Shown here: piece after piece, positions 34,378-44,318 of the stretch
Numbering within the stretch: position 1 is the first letter of the stretch
Layout of the letters: every line of letters starts with the position of its first letter
Assembly: GCA_009778725.1 (NCBI GenBank)
Contig: WRFP01000001.1
Span: 1 to 54,660 of the forward strand
Origin: Propionibacteriaceae bacterium
GTDB taxonomy: Bacteria; Actinomycetota; Actinomycetes; Propionibacteriales; Propionibacteriaceae
Length of the DNA: 54,660 nucleotides
Direction of reading: 5' to 3'
Made by a program: the position numbers and the translations under genes
Notes under the pieces: model-generated
What the model was told of the DNA's origin: nothing
The model's input: the letters and a program-made list of their open reading frames with translations, nothing else
The model's database searches: none

Positions 34378-36342
34378 ATGGCCGGTACCGATGTCACTGT
34401 GCCACACAACACATTGCGGCAACGTTTACACACATGGCTCACAGCGCACCCTGCAACCTTGTGGATAACAATACCTATCGTCATCTATCTCGTACTCGTG
34501 GGTCTCGGAGTGACACAGTCGTCAATCGGCATCGACATGTTGAGACAAGATCCTTCGGCACCTTTGGGCCTCCAGATCGGCGCAGCACGTTCCATTCGAA
34601 GTGACGAATTCCTGACCGGGACCCCTAATGCCCTGGGCATCGCTGAAACTGGACAAAACCCTAATCTCAACCCCCTGACCAGCGGCGCTGGGGTTTTTTC
34701 CGGCTACCTCAGTGGCCCAATCTCATCAATTGTTCTGTTCGACCGATCTCTTCTCCGGCTTGGAACCATACTTCCTGTGGCCAATGTATTTTCGGCATAT
34801 TGGTGGCTACCAACCTTACTTCTGACGTTAGCCCTGCCTGCGCTCTTTAAGTTCTTGACCGGTAATCGTTGGTTGGGGCTGTTTGCGGCCGTACTCATGT
34901 TCGCTAATCCGTCCAACGTGTGGTGGAGTTTCTCGCTGACCAACACCCTTGGGTACGCAGTGGCAGGTTCTTTCTGCCTGGTTGCTGCCACTCGAGCCTG
35001 GCGACAGCGCGCATTTCTGAGATCGGTCTTGCTCATGATCCCCACATCAGTGCTCTTGGCGCGCACCGTTTTCCAGTATCAGCCATATGCCATCGTCATG
35101 GTTCCCGGAGTCCTCCTTCCCATCGTTGTGGCGTTGTGGGCGAAAAAGAAGACTCGCATACCAAGCATTATTGCCGTCGGGCTTTCTGGCATCCTCACTC
35201 TCGCATGGGTCGGCATCGTCCTCATTGAGGCACATTCTGAGCTTTCTGCACTGACTGAAACCGTTTATCCAGGGTCACGACGATCCACCGGGTTACCATC
35301 ATCTCCGGGGTCACTCTTCGGCGCTCCGGCGCTGTTCGATCTGGAACATGCCTCAGTGGTCGCAAGCAATCAGTCTGAAATAACGTCTGGCTATAACATC
35401 TTGATTGTTCTCGCACTTGTGCTCGCCCTTTCGGGCCTTCGTTTCACTAGTAGACGACTCGCTTGGGCCTGGCGGGCAGGCGTTGTGGTGTGTGGAATCT
35501 GGCTCGCTTGGTGCATGGTATACACCGGGAGTTGGAGCTCAAGGTTGCCCCTGTTTAACCTCATACCACCGGACAGAGCAAGACAATCAGTAGGAGAAGT
35601 GATTGCGTTCCTGCTGTGCCTGACACTTGCGGCCGCTCCAAAGAAGGGCAAACCAAGAATCGTTTTAATGGGTACTCTCATCACAGCAGGCATCACCGCC
35701 TGGGCTGCTTCCAATCTCAGAGTTGAGAACATTCCGTCACTGGGCTTTCGCGACATCGCCCTGGCCACTATTGGTGTCGGCGCCATCAGTGCACTCCTGC
35801 TCTGGCGGCCACGGCACTGGGCCGGTTATGGCCTGACTGTCATCCTTAGTGCCGCAACAGTGATAACCGTCAACCCGATACTGTTCGGTTTGGGTGATTT
35901 GTACACATCAAGTACCGCTGTGTATTTTCGGGATGCAGGAGTTCAAGCGCGACAAACAGACCACCTGTGGGCAACGGATGACACTGGACTTATCTCTTTA
36001 ATGACAGCCTCAGGTGTACCAACAATCAACAGTCGAATCCTCTCCGGGCCAAACCACGCCGCCTGGAGTCGTCTGGACCCCAACCCGCAGGACATCGACT
36101 TGTGGAACCGTGGTGGTGGCACTCATATCTGGATTCAATGGGACGAGAATGCCACTGATGTCTCACTGTCCAATCCATCACCCGACATCATTCTGATCGA
36201 CTCATCGCCCTGTGTTCTGGCTGCCAGGATACCGAACCTCGAGATGATAACTTCTCACCAACCCCTGAACGCTTCATGCCTCACGTCAGCCGGTACACTC
36301 GAATGGGCTGGCCAAACCAACTACGTGTATTCGGTTAACTAG
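34378..36342 (+). CDS. Large polytopic membrane protein (654 aa), candidate GT-C-type extracytoplasmic glycosyltransferase
   Basis: GGAGAGGA RBS. At least 10 predicted TM helices. An acidic motif lies in the first outside loop after TM1 (ARSIRSDEFL). The C-terminal domain of about 150 aa is soluble. I recognised no family. Confidence 0.5.
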   Translation: MAGTDVTVPHNTLRQRLHTWLTAHPATLWITIPIVIYLVLVGLGVTQSSIGIDMLRQDPSAPLGLQIGAARSIRSDEFLTGTPNALGIAETGQNPNLNPLTSGAGVFSGYLSGPISSIVLFDRSLLRLGTILPVANVFSAYWWLPTLLLTLALPALFKFLTGNRWLGLFAAVLMFANPSNVWWSFSLTNTLGYAVAGSFCLVAATRAWRQRAFLRSVLLMIPTSVLLARTVFQYQPYAIVMVPGVLLPIVVALWAKKKTRIPSIIAVGLSGILTLAWVGIVLIEAHSELSALTETVYPGSRRSTGLPSSPGSLFGAPALFDLEHASVVASNQSEITSGYNILIVLALVLALSGLRFTSRRLAWAWRAGVVVCGIWLAWCMVYTGSWSSRLPLFNLIPPDRARQSVGEVIAFLLCLTLAAAPKKGKPRIVLMGTLITAGITAWAASNLRVENIPSLGFRDIALATIGVGAISALLLWRPRHWAGYGLTVILSAATVITVNPILFGLGDLYTSSTAVYFRDAGVQARQTDHLWATDDTGLISLMTASGVPTINSRILSGPNHAAWSRLDPNPQDIDLWNRGGGTHIWIQWDENATDVSLSNPSPDIILIDSSPCVLAARIPNLEMITSHQPLNASCLTSAGTLEWAGQTNYVYSVN

Positions 36343-36436
36343 TGGTATTCCGGGTGCCTGACACCGGTGGAATCTAAATACCAGAATTATCCAGGTGTCA
36401 TGAGTTACCGCACGAGGAGATGCTAAACTCGCGGTC

Positions 36437-38278
36437 ATGACGGGGGCCACTTCCAATTCTGGTGACGACACGCCATCTGTGGGGGTGAGGGGTCGTTCGC
36501 AGCCATCGTTCACACGAGTAGCCGTGGTGATACTGGGTGTGTTTGTACTCGCTCTCATCGTCGCACTTGTCTTCCATATCGGCGCTCCCCTGCTCCTGCT
36601 GACAGTCGTCCTCCTCTATGTTGTCGTACCGCTACCACGGGCGGGTGACCACGTCATCACAAGAGTGGCGGCACTAGGACTGTTCCTCCCGGTGGGGTAC
36701 AACATCCTGGGTACGGTGGGGTATCTCGTTGGACTTCACGTATCGGCCGACGTGTTCAATGCTTCTTTCGCTGCTGTTCTCACCCCGATACTTCTCCTCC
36801 GCATACGTCGAAATCCCAACCTGAACCTACCCAGGTGGTCATCTTTCGACTCCATAGTCATACTGCCTGTTTTCCTCATTCTGGCTATGGTGTTTATCAC
36901 CGTTTTTCATACCGACTTGTCGCTCGGTGACAACATCATCCGTTACATCGCGAGTTCCTCAGATGGTACGCGGCATCTGGCAATGTTCAATGACCATCTT
37001 CGATATGGCGGTAACTTCACCCTCACCATGGACTCCCGGACCACAGGAGGCACGAGCGGATACCCCACTGGTTGGCACCAAGGCTTCTCGATCATCTTCC
37101 TCAGTGTGTTCACATTCACCTCGTCCACCCCTTTTCACTACGTGGCCTACTCCTACTTCGTGGCAGCCATGATCACCTTGGTAGGCACTTCCTTGTGGGT
37201 CAGTCTTCTGACACTCACCGTCTCTCAACGGATCTCGCCCACTCAGGGCATTCTGTTCACGACATTCACATCCACGGCCGCAACGATGGTGTCACTGTGG
37301 GCAACGGTGGTGATAAGTTTCATTGTTGGCGGTTACGTCAATTTCTACCTTGTGGTTTCCTACTTCGTATGCGCAGTAACAATCGTACTTTGGTCTGACA
37401 TGCTTAACGTCCAGGAGGTGTGTCGCGCAACACTGACTGTCCTCCTCCTCTCGTGTGGCATGTCTGCGACGTGGACCATCCCCGATGTCTTCCTGGCAAT
37501 ACTCCTCATCCCCTTGGGCTATCAACTGATCACAAAACAACGCACGCAGGTGACCTGGCGAGAAGTCACCATGATTGCCTGGGGCGGGCTTGCTGCTGTT
37601 GTCACTGGGTTGACCTGGTTATATGTCATTCTGATCCACACGTCGAACGATGCCATCACTGTTCAAGGAAAAGCGGCCGGGACACCTGACCTGTGGGTGG
37701 TTCTCGTTCTCACAGTGCTATCCGTGCTCACTGCATTCAGGTCAGACTGGCTCACACTCAAGGTGGTGATCACCACCTCGATCGTCGTTTTAGCGGCCAC
37801 TGCCGGGGTCTTCTGGATGATCGCCGGACGGACCCTGCCGTACTACTTTGACAAGATCATGTTAACGATCCTTGCTGTGATCGCACCAATCGGATCATTG
37901 TTCATCATGAACATATTCAAGCGCCGACGCCTGGCAACGGTCTTAGCCATCGTTCTGGTCTTGCCCTTCATCGGGTTACTTGAGTATGTCATGGTCACCC
38001 TCATCAGTTCGGAAGCACTCCTACCTGCAACAGATAAGGAACTCGCGATCGTCACCGAAGCATATCAACGACCATTCAATGAAGGAACACGACAATACAT
38101 CGAAATCACCGATTTTCGGAGAAGTGAATTCTACAATGACATGTTACAAGCTCAATTTGTCAACCCAGGGACCTGTTACTCGGACATTACCTTTCCCTTG
38201 ATGAACCAGGATTGGGATAAGGCCCACCAGGCCGCGCGTACATGCTACGGCGATGATGTTGTTTTCATCGTGCCATAA
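36437..38278 (+). CDS. Large polytopic membrane protein (613 aa), unknown family (polymerase or GT-C-like candidate)
   Basis: At least 12 hydrophobic segments and a C-terminal soluble domain of about 110 aa. This is the lowest-GC stretch of the window. Confidence 0.45.
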   Translation: MTGATSNSGDDTPSVGVRGRSQPSFTRVAVVILGVFVLALIVALVFHIGAPLLLLTVVLLYVVVPLPRAGDHVITRVAALGLFLPVGYNILGTVGYLVGLHVSADVFNASFAAVLTPILLLRIRRNPNLNLPRWSSFDSIVILPVFLILAMVFITVFHTDLSLGDNIIRYIASSSDGTRHLAMFNDHLRYGGNFTLTMDSRTTGGTSGYPTGWHQGFSIIFLSVFTFTSSTPFHYVAYSYFVAAMITLVGTSLWVSLLTLTVSQRISPTQGILFTTFTSTAATMVSLWATVVISFIVGGYVNFYLVVSYFVCAVTIVLWSDMLNVQEVCRATLTVLLLSCGMSATWTIPDVFLAILLIPLGYQLITKQRTQVTWREVTMIAWGGLAAVVTGLTWLYVILIHTSNDAITVQGKAAGTPDLWVVLVLTVLSVLTAFRSDWLTLKVVITTSIVVLAATAGVFWMIAGRTLPYYFDKIMLTILAVIAPIGSLFIMNIFKRRRLATVLAIVLVLPFIGLLEYVMVTLISSEALLPATDKELAIVTEAYQRPFNEGTRQYIEITDFRRSEFYNDMLQAQFVNPGTCYSDITFPLMNQDWDKAHQAARTCYGDDVVFIVP

Positions 38279-38448
38279 CCCGGATCAGACATCTGACCTG
38301 CACGGTTCACCAAAACCTTCGAATGCCGGGACGATGGTCGGGTATTGGCCCTGATTTAAGGAAGATTTACGATAGGGTGAGTTTCGGTCAGGCCTACAAT
38401 TTGGTCTATAACATATCACCCCTTGTCGAATGGAAAAGGAGAAATCGC

Positions 38449-39303
38449 GTGAAGGTGCTTGTCCTGGGAGCTGGTGGAATGGCTGGGCATGTCATGGCGA
38501 TGGTGTTGGCTGACTGTGGCCTTGATGTGACTGGGCTGGCACGAGAACCGGTAGCTTGGGTGGAGAGCATCGTCGCGGATGTGCGGGATGTCGAAAGTTT
38601 GTCCGTGGTGACTCAGTTCGACGCTGTCGTGAACTGTGTCGGCGTACTGAACCGGGCTGTCGATGCCAGTCCCTACTCAGGCATCTGGGTGAATTCCTGC
38701 CTACCTCACCTCCTTGTCGAATTGGCCCGTGACAGCCATACCCGGGTGATCCACCTCAGCACCGACTGTGTCTTCTCCGGGCACGAGGGCGGTGGTTATC
38801 GCGAAGACAGCTTCAGGTCGGCTGACACTCTCTATGGCCGGTCAAAAGCACTGGGCGAAGTGGTCGATGAAAAGAATCTCACACTGAGAACCTCCATTGT
38901 CGGGCCCGACATCAATTCAAACGGGATTGGCCTGTTCACATGGTTCATGCAGCAATCGGGCAGCGTCCCAGGTTACACGCGCGTACCCTGGTCGGGCGTG
39001 ACGACCATTGCACTCGCAAGCGCCGTCGACGCGGCACTGAAGCAGGAACTGACAGGGCTCTACCATCTGGTCAACAACACCACGATCAGCAAGTACGATT
39101 TGCTGGGGCTGTTCAACGATCTGAGGGATGTTCCAGTCACCCTTGCCGCATCGGACGTGGTTCAAGAAGACAAATCTCTGATCGACACCCGTCACGATCT
39201 TAATTTTACAGTCCCAACATATGCCGATATGGTACATGATATGGGGAAATGGATAAACGAACATTCTCAACTCTATCCTCACTATCAAATGAAGACACTC
39301 TGA
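38449..39303 (+). CDS. RmlD-like SDR reductase (dTDP-4-dehydrorhamnose reductase family; WbvR-type candidate)
   Basis: GTG at 38449 with AAGGAG 7 nt upstream. Rossmann motif VLVLGAGGMAGHV, plus STDCVFSG and YGRSK (YxxxK). 284 aa. Confidence 0.7.
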   Translation: MKVLVLGAGGMAGHVMAMVLADCGLDVTGLAREPVAWVESIVADVRDVESLSVVTQFDAVVNCVGVLNRAVDASPYSGIWVNSCLPHLLVELARDSHTRVIHLSTDCVFSGHEGGGYREDSFRSADTLYGRSKALGEVVDEKNLTLRTSIVGPDINSNGIGLFTWFMQQSGSVPGYTRVPWSGVTTIALASAVDAALKQELTGLYHLVNNTTISKYDLLGLFNDLRDVPVTLAASDVVQEDKSLIDTRHDLNFTVPTYADMVHDMGKWINEHSQLYPHYQMKTL

Positions 39304-39370
39304 AGACCAGATCACCCTACCGAGGGTCCTCCTTTGGCACTTCCAAACGCAATGAACGATACATGTGACT

Positions 39371-39392
39371 GGAACCTGATCGTCAGGTTTCC
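39371..39392 (+). terminator. Possible stem-loop downstream of the reductase gene
   Basis: ggaacctga-tcg-tcaggtt(t)cc: a 9-bp stem with one bulge and no U-tract. Confidence 0.2.
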
Positions 39393-39431
39393 CCATACCA
39401 TTCGCATAGAGGACCTAAGGATGGCGCCTAC

Positions 39432-40583
39432 ATGATGACAAATGTACTTGTTTTTGTCGGGGCTTATCCCCCGGCATTCCGCGCCGGAGGACCCATCCGA
39501 GCAATTGAGGCGATGGTGGCCCGGGCTTCCTCCAATTTCGCACCATACATTGTGACCAGTGACAGGGATCTGGGAGAACCGCTTCCTGCCACGGTACGGC
39601 GCAACACGTGGGTGAGTCGGGGCGTTGCGAAGGTCAACTATGTGAACCTGCGTTCGGCGGCAGCTGTCGTACGCTGTCTGAAAATGGCACGAGCGGCCAA
39701 ACCAGGTTTCCTCTACTTCAACAGTTTGTTCGACCCCAGGCTGACCATGTTACCGATTCTCTTGTGGCGACTGGGATTCTGGGGTCCTGTCACAGCGGTG
39801 CTGGCGCCCAGAGGGGAACTCGCGGACCAAGCCCTGCGAAACCGTTCTCCGATCAAGAAGATCTACCTGGGGATATTCCGGATGCTCGGCCTATCCCGAA
39901 AGGTCCTCTGGCACTCCACCTCGGCCCAGGAGACAACTGACATATGCACCATGTTCGGAGACAAAACCGCTATTGTTCTGCGTCACGATGACATCCTACT
40001 TCCCGACAATCCTCCGCCGTTAGACAGGTGTACCTCGAAAGAGCTCAGAATCGTCTTCATTGGAAGGCTGACCGCACATAAAGGACTTCATCTGGCGCTT
40101 CAAGGACTTATCCGGGCTGGCTGCGATACCGTCATGGACATCTTCGGACCTGAGGAAAACGCCGCATATGTCCGGCAGTGTCGGCAACTGGCAGAGTCCA
40201 TGCCTTCTAATGTTCACGTGCAGTTTCGCGGAGTGGTGGTCCCAGATCAGGTGGTGGACACCTTGGCTCAGTACGATGTGCTTCTCTCCCCGACGGCGAG
40301 TGAGAATTTCGGATACACCATTGTGGAAGGATTGTGTGCCTCGTGTATCGTCGTGACGACCGCGTCGACTCCCTGGACACAGATTTTGGAGGATGGAGCC
40401 GGCATTGTCTTGGATGAGCGGTCGGCCGATGCTGTTGCCGACGCCATCAGACAGCTGGCGGGACTCACCACTGAAGAACTCACGCAATGGAGGAGCAGGG
40501 CCAGAGAGGCTTACCTGACCTGGTTGGGCAATTATCACCCCGAACATCTGTGGAATCTCGTCCCGCTCGGCGATACGCGGTAA
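39432..40583 (+). CDS. GT4-family (GT-B) glycosyltransferase
   Basis: C-terminal half: RIVFIGRLTAHKG...LLSPTASENFGYTIVEGLCASCIVV (the E-x7-E motif). Confidence 0.75.
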   Translation: MMTNVLVFVGAYPPAFRAGGPIRAIEAMVARASSNFAPYIVTSDRDLGEPLPATVRRNTWVSRGVAKVNYVNLRSAAAVVRCLKMARAAKPGFLYFNSLFDPRLTMLPILLWRLGFWGPVTAVLAPRGELADQALRNRSPIKKIYLGIFRMLGLSRKVLWHSTSAQETTDICTMFGDKTAIVLRHDDILLPDNPPPLDRCTSKELRIVFIGRLTAHKGLHLALQGLIRAGCDTVMDIFGPEENAAYVRQCRQLAESMPSNVHVQFRGVVVPDQVVDTLAQYDVLLSPTASENFGYTIVEGLCASCIVVTTASTPWTQILEDGAGIVLDERSADAVADAIRQLAGLTTEELTQWRSRAREAYLTWLGNYHPEHLWNLVPLGDTR

Positions 40584-40697
40584 ACGCAGACCCCCGTTAT
40601 TAACCAGTGTGGCCTGAGTGCCGTTGCGTCTCCTGAACCCCACTGGCATGGCCGGGGCGGCCACCTCCCGCGAAGGCCAAGATGATACGATGGCCGA

Positions 40698-41726
40698 GTG
40701 AAAATCCACGTTCTCAATCACCACTTCTGGCCAGATGGATCACCGTCGGCAGTGCTTGAAGAAGAGTTGGCGGACAGCTTGTGCCAGATGGGATATGAGA
40801 CTGTTCTCGTGGGTGGGTCTGGGTCATTCCACCACACCACTCGTCCGTCACCGCAGTCTCCCGTGCTCCGACTGCGGTCGGGAGAACGGGGGAAGCGCAA
40901 CTCACAATTTGCCATCTTGTACGACTATTGGCGTTTCTGGAAGGCGGCTTGGGCGTACATCAAGACCCAGGTATCTCCTGGGGACGCGCTCCTAGCAACC
41001 TCGTCACCGTTCCTCAATGTCTTCCTAGTCCGAGTTGTCCGCCGGTCTGACCCCGGAGTGGTTACCATCTTTCACCTTCATGACTACCTTCCCAGCAATC
41101 TGCGTTCCCTCAGCATCGTTCATCGTCTTGCAGCTCCGTTTGTCAAACTGGTGACCGACCACTTCCTCAAACAATGGGATCTCGTCCTGTCATGCGCAGG
41201 CAACATCGCATATAAAAAATCGAATTGTGTTGTGGCTCGCTTCTGGCCCACGATACAAGGACCCATCACCAAGAAACCATCGCCAGCCCGTCGAGCTCTC
41301 TACGCCGGAAACCTGGGAATTGCACACGATGTCGATGCACTGATCCGGCAAATGGGGCGCCTCCACGCCGACGGATGGGGAATCGACTTCTTCGGGGATG
41401 GACCCATGGCTGACAAACTCCCCTCCTTCGTTGACAAACATCCTTTTGTCTCTGGAGATGACTACGTTGAGACCCTTAGATCCCACCCCATCCACTTCGT
41501 CACCGGTGTCGGGCGGGACGGCACTGGCGCGTTCCCGTCGAAGACTTTTAATTCCCTGTACGTGGGAGCACAGGTCGTGCCGTGTGGATTCAGCCCTGAA
41601 ATGCTCGAAGAACTGGAATACCTGCGCAAGGTTCCTGATCTGGCCGACAACCGACGTTACGCCGCTTCGGTGGTGGACCGATTTCTGAAAAGAGCTCCAG
41701 CCTCCGGGATCAGATCATGGTCGTGA
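40698..41726 (+). CDS. GT-B glycosyltransferase, WbuB-like (candidate L-hexosamine transferase)
   Basis: MKIHVLNHHFWPDGSPSAVLEEELA is a WbuB-like N-terminus. YAGNLGIAHD is present. It lies next to FnlA/FnlC-type genes. GTG start. Confidence 0.55.
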   Translation: MKIHVLNHHFWPDGSPSAVLEEELADSLCQMGYETVLVGGSGSFHHTTRPSPQSPVLRLRSGERGKRNSQFAILYDYWRFWKAAWAYIKTQVSPGDALLATSSPFLNVFLVRVVRRSDPGVVTIFHLHDYLPSNLRSLSIVHRLAAPFVKLVTDHFLKQWDLVLSCAGNIAYKKSNCVVARFWPTIQGPITKKPSPARRALYAGNLGIAHDVDALIRQMGRLHADGWGIDFFGDGPMADKLPSFVDKHPFVSGDDYVETLRSHPIHFVTGVGRDGTGAFPSKTFNSLYVGAQVVPCGFSPEMLEELEYLRKVPDLADNRRYAASVVDRFLKRAPASGIRSWS

Positions 41727-42839
41727 GAATAATCCTTGTCGCCGCTGGTGTGAATGCACCGTGCCGACGATGAAGGAAACGACTCGTATCGAGGTATCGT
41801 CAACCTGATAGTCGACCGGCGGACGCGGCCGGGGAAGCGCAAGGACCAAGTCCAACGCAGCCAGCACACTGTTTACCTCCAACCCGGCGGTGATGATGGA
41901 CCCCGTGTCAAGCGCTTCGGGGCGCTCGACAAAGTCCCTCAAGGTGATAGCTGGAAAAGACAGGATTGAGGATTCTTCGCTGATCGTCCCCGAGTCTGAC
42001 AAGACGGCTTTGGCTTCGCACTGGAGTTTGACATAGTCATGGAAACCAAACGGCGGGTGGAAAATCAGCCCGTCGGTTGTCGCCTCGGGCAACGCCTCAA
42101 GTCGTTTGCGGGTCCTCGGGTGAGTCGACACGAGTACGGGCATGTTATAGGCCTCATGGACCACCCTCAGACACTCCAAGCCCGCCCGGAGGCGGTCAGG
42201 GTAGTCGACGTTCTCCTCCCTGTGCAGACTCACCAGGAAGTACTCCCCAGGCACGAGTCCTTGGTTTGACAAAACCTGGCTAGCCTCAATCTGCTCGCGG
42301 TTATTGTCCAGCACCTCAACCATCGGCGATCCCGTCACGAGGATTGTGGAGGGGTGGATGCCCTCAGCCAGCAAATTGCGGCGGGCATGCTCGGTGTAAG
42401 CGAGATTGTAGTCAGCCAGATGGTCGATGATGCGCCGGTTTGTTTCCTCGGGCACATTCTGGTCGAATGAGCGATTCCCAGCCTCCATGTGAAACACCGG
42501 AACGCGCATCTTTTTTGCCATGATCGCGGACATACATGAATTGGTGTCTCCCAAGATCAAGAAGGCATCCGGTCTGACGCTCGTGATCGCTTGCTCGGTC
42601 TTGGCGATGATCGACCCCAGGGCGGCTCCCAACGACGACACGTCAGCATCAAGGAAGAGGTCTGGCGAACGCAACCCCAAGTCTTCAAAGAAAACTTCGT
42701 TCAACTCGTAGTCATGATTCTGGCCTGTGTGGACCAACACATGGTTCACGTGCTTGTCCAACAGCTTGATCGTCGGAGTCAGCCGGATGATTTCCGGGCG
42801 TGTCCCCACTACGGTCATCACTGTGAGGGCAGCCATCAC
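41715..42839 (-). CDS. UDP-N-acetylglucosamine 2-epimerase, non-hydrolysing (FnlC/CapG/WbvD type)
   Basis: MTVVGTRPEIIRLTPTIKLLDKHVNHVLVHTGQNHDYELNEVFFEDLGL and HMEAGNRSFDQNVPEETNRRIIDH. The start (GTG 42839 or ATG 42836) overlaps the upstream stop. Confidence 0.85.
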   Translation of the reverse strand: MMAALTVMTVVGTRPEIIRLTPTIKLLDKHVNHVLVHTGQNHDYELNEVFFEDLGLRSPDLFLDADVSSLGAALGSIIAKTEQAITSVRPDAFLILGDTNSCMSAIMAKKMRVPVFHMEAGNRSFDQNVPEETNRRIIDHLADYNLAYTEHARRNLLAEGIHPSTILVTGSPMVEVLDNNREQIEASQVLSNQGLVPGEYFLVSLHREENVDYPDRLRAGLECLRVVHEAYNMPVLVSTHPRTRKRLEALPEATTDGLIFHPPFGFHDYVKLQCEAKAVLSDSGTISEESSILSFPAITLRDFVERPEALDTGSIITAGLEVNSVLAALDLVLALPRPRPPVDYQVDDTSIRVVSFIVGTVHSHQRRQGLFSRP

Positions 42840-43867
42840 TCCACTCCCGCCCGTCGCAACTCTTCCTGTACCTCAGGAAGCTCCATCAGCAAAGCCTTAG
42901 TCTGGTCGACATCCAACCGGGTCGTGTTGGCCGAAGTGTACGCCTCGGCCTCCGCATCTTGGCGTCCCTGGTCGAAGTATTTCTCGTACTGGAGTCCGCG
43001 AGCGTCGACTGGGACCCGGAAGTAGGCGCCCTCATCCATCGCTCCTACTCTCTCCTCAGCCGACAACAATGTCTCATGGAGCTTTTCCCCATGACGATGA
43101 CCGATCACTCGGATCTCGGGCTCATCCACCCCGAATAATGACGCCACCGCCCGGGCCAAGACTTCGATCGTCGCTGCGGGCGCTTTCATCACGAACAAAT
43201 CACCTGGCTCGGCATGTTCAAACGCATACTCAACCAATTGCACTGACTGAGCCAGGGACATCAAGAAACGTGTCATCTGCCCATCGGTCACAGTCAACTC
43301 TTGCCCAGATGTCACCTGACGTACGAACAACGGGATCACCGACCCTCGTGAATACATCACGTTCCCGTACCGGGTCAACGCCACAGTCAATTCTGAACCT
43401 GGGTTGTTCCGGGCAAAGGCCTGGACGGTTTTTTCCATGAGTGCTTTGGTCATTCCCATGGCATTGATGGGATAGACAGCCTTATCCGTACTGAGACACA
43501 CCAGAGACTTCACGCCAGATTGCGATGCGACAGCCACGACATTTTCGCTGCCGATCACGTTGGTGGCGACCGCTTGGCCTGGGAAGAACTCGCACGACGG
43601 GACTTGCTTCAATGCCGCCGCATGAAAGACATAGTCAACTCCCCGTAGTGCCGGCCGTAGACTCTCCCGATCCCGGGTGTCGCCGATAAAGAACCGCACT
43701 CGCTCGTCACCGACACGACGGCGCATATCATCCTGCTTGGCCTCATCACGACTCAGCACATGCACACCTGCCACTCCCGACTCCAACGCATGACGAGTCA
43801 TCGTCGACCCGAATGATCCGGTGCCTCCTGTAATCGCAACGACTTTGCCCTGCAACGTGAGACTCAT
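42836..43867 (-). CDS. UDP-GlcNAc 4,6-dehydratase/5-epimerase (FnlA/CapE/WbvB type)
   Basis: GKVVAITGGTGSFGSTMTRH...VLSRDEAKQDDMRRR...FFIGDTRD and STDKAVYPINAMGMTKALMEK. ATG at 43867 with GGAGTGGAG upstream; the track start is a TTG at 43882. Confidence 0.85.
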   Translation of the reverse strand: MSLTLQGKVVAITGGTGSFGSTMTRHALESGVAGVHVLSRDEAKQDDMRRRVGDERVRFFIGDTRDRESLRPALRGVDYVFHAAALKQVPSCEFFPGQAVATNVIGSENVVAVASQSGVKSLVCLSTDKAVYPINAMGMTKALMEKTVQAFARNNPGSELTVALTRYGNVMYSRGSVIPLFVRQVTSGQELTVTDGQMTRFLMSLAQSVQLVEYAFEHAEPGDLFVMKAPAATIEVLARAVASLFGVDEPEIRVIGHRHGEKLHETLLSAEERVGAMDEGAYFRVPVDARGLQYEKYFDQGRQDAEAEAYTSANTTRLDVDQTKALLMELPEVQEELRRAGVE

Positions 43868-43945
43868 CTCCACTCCAATCAATCAGACCAATTCTGAAGC
43901 TTGTGACAACTTTTATCCGCAGCCCATCAGCTTAGTACACACCGG

Positions 43946-44314
43946 TCACTCCTCAGATGCACCCGACGTCTCATCACCTGGAGGGTTCTCCAGAGCATGC
44001 CTGAGGAGAGCCGACTCCTCCGCCAGACGACGAACGCGGTCTTCCAAGCGCGTGACTTCCAATGACAAATGAATACAAACTCCCAACAGCAGTATCAGCG
44101 CCAACGCGAAGAGCAGGTTCGATGCAACCTGTACCCCCACCAACCTGGCCACATACCCCAGGAGGGCTGGAAATGCTGCCAAGACGATGGCGATGACACC
44201 GACACCCAACCACAGAATGGCATATTTCTCTGATATTCTCCGCGACCGTAACAGTGCAACAATGATGGCTACGACAATTAATGCCAAAAACAAGAACAAT
44301 ATCGTAGTGCGCAC
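43946..44314 (-). CDS. DUF2304 small membrane protein
   Basis: Four hydrophobic segments followed by a C-terminal amphipathic coil (LEVTRLEDRVRRLAEESALLRHALE). It sits immediately downstream of a GT2 gene, the usual DUF2304 context. Confidence 0.7.
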   Translation of the reverse strand: MRTTILFLFLALIVVAIIVALLRSRRISEKYAILWLGVGVIAIVLAAFPALLGYVARLVGVQVASNLLFALALILLLGVCIHLSLEVTRLEDRVRRLAEESALLRHALENPPGDETSGASEE

Positions 44315-44318
44315 AGCT

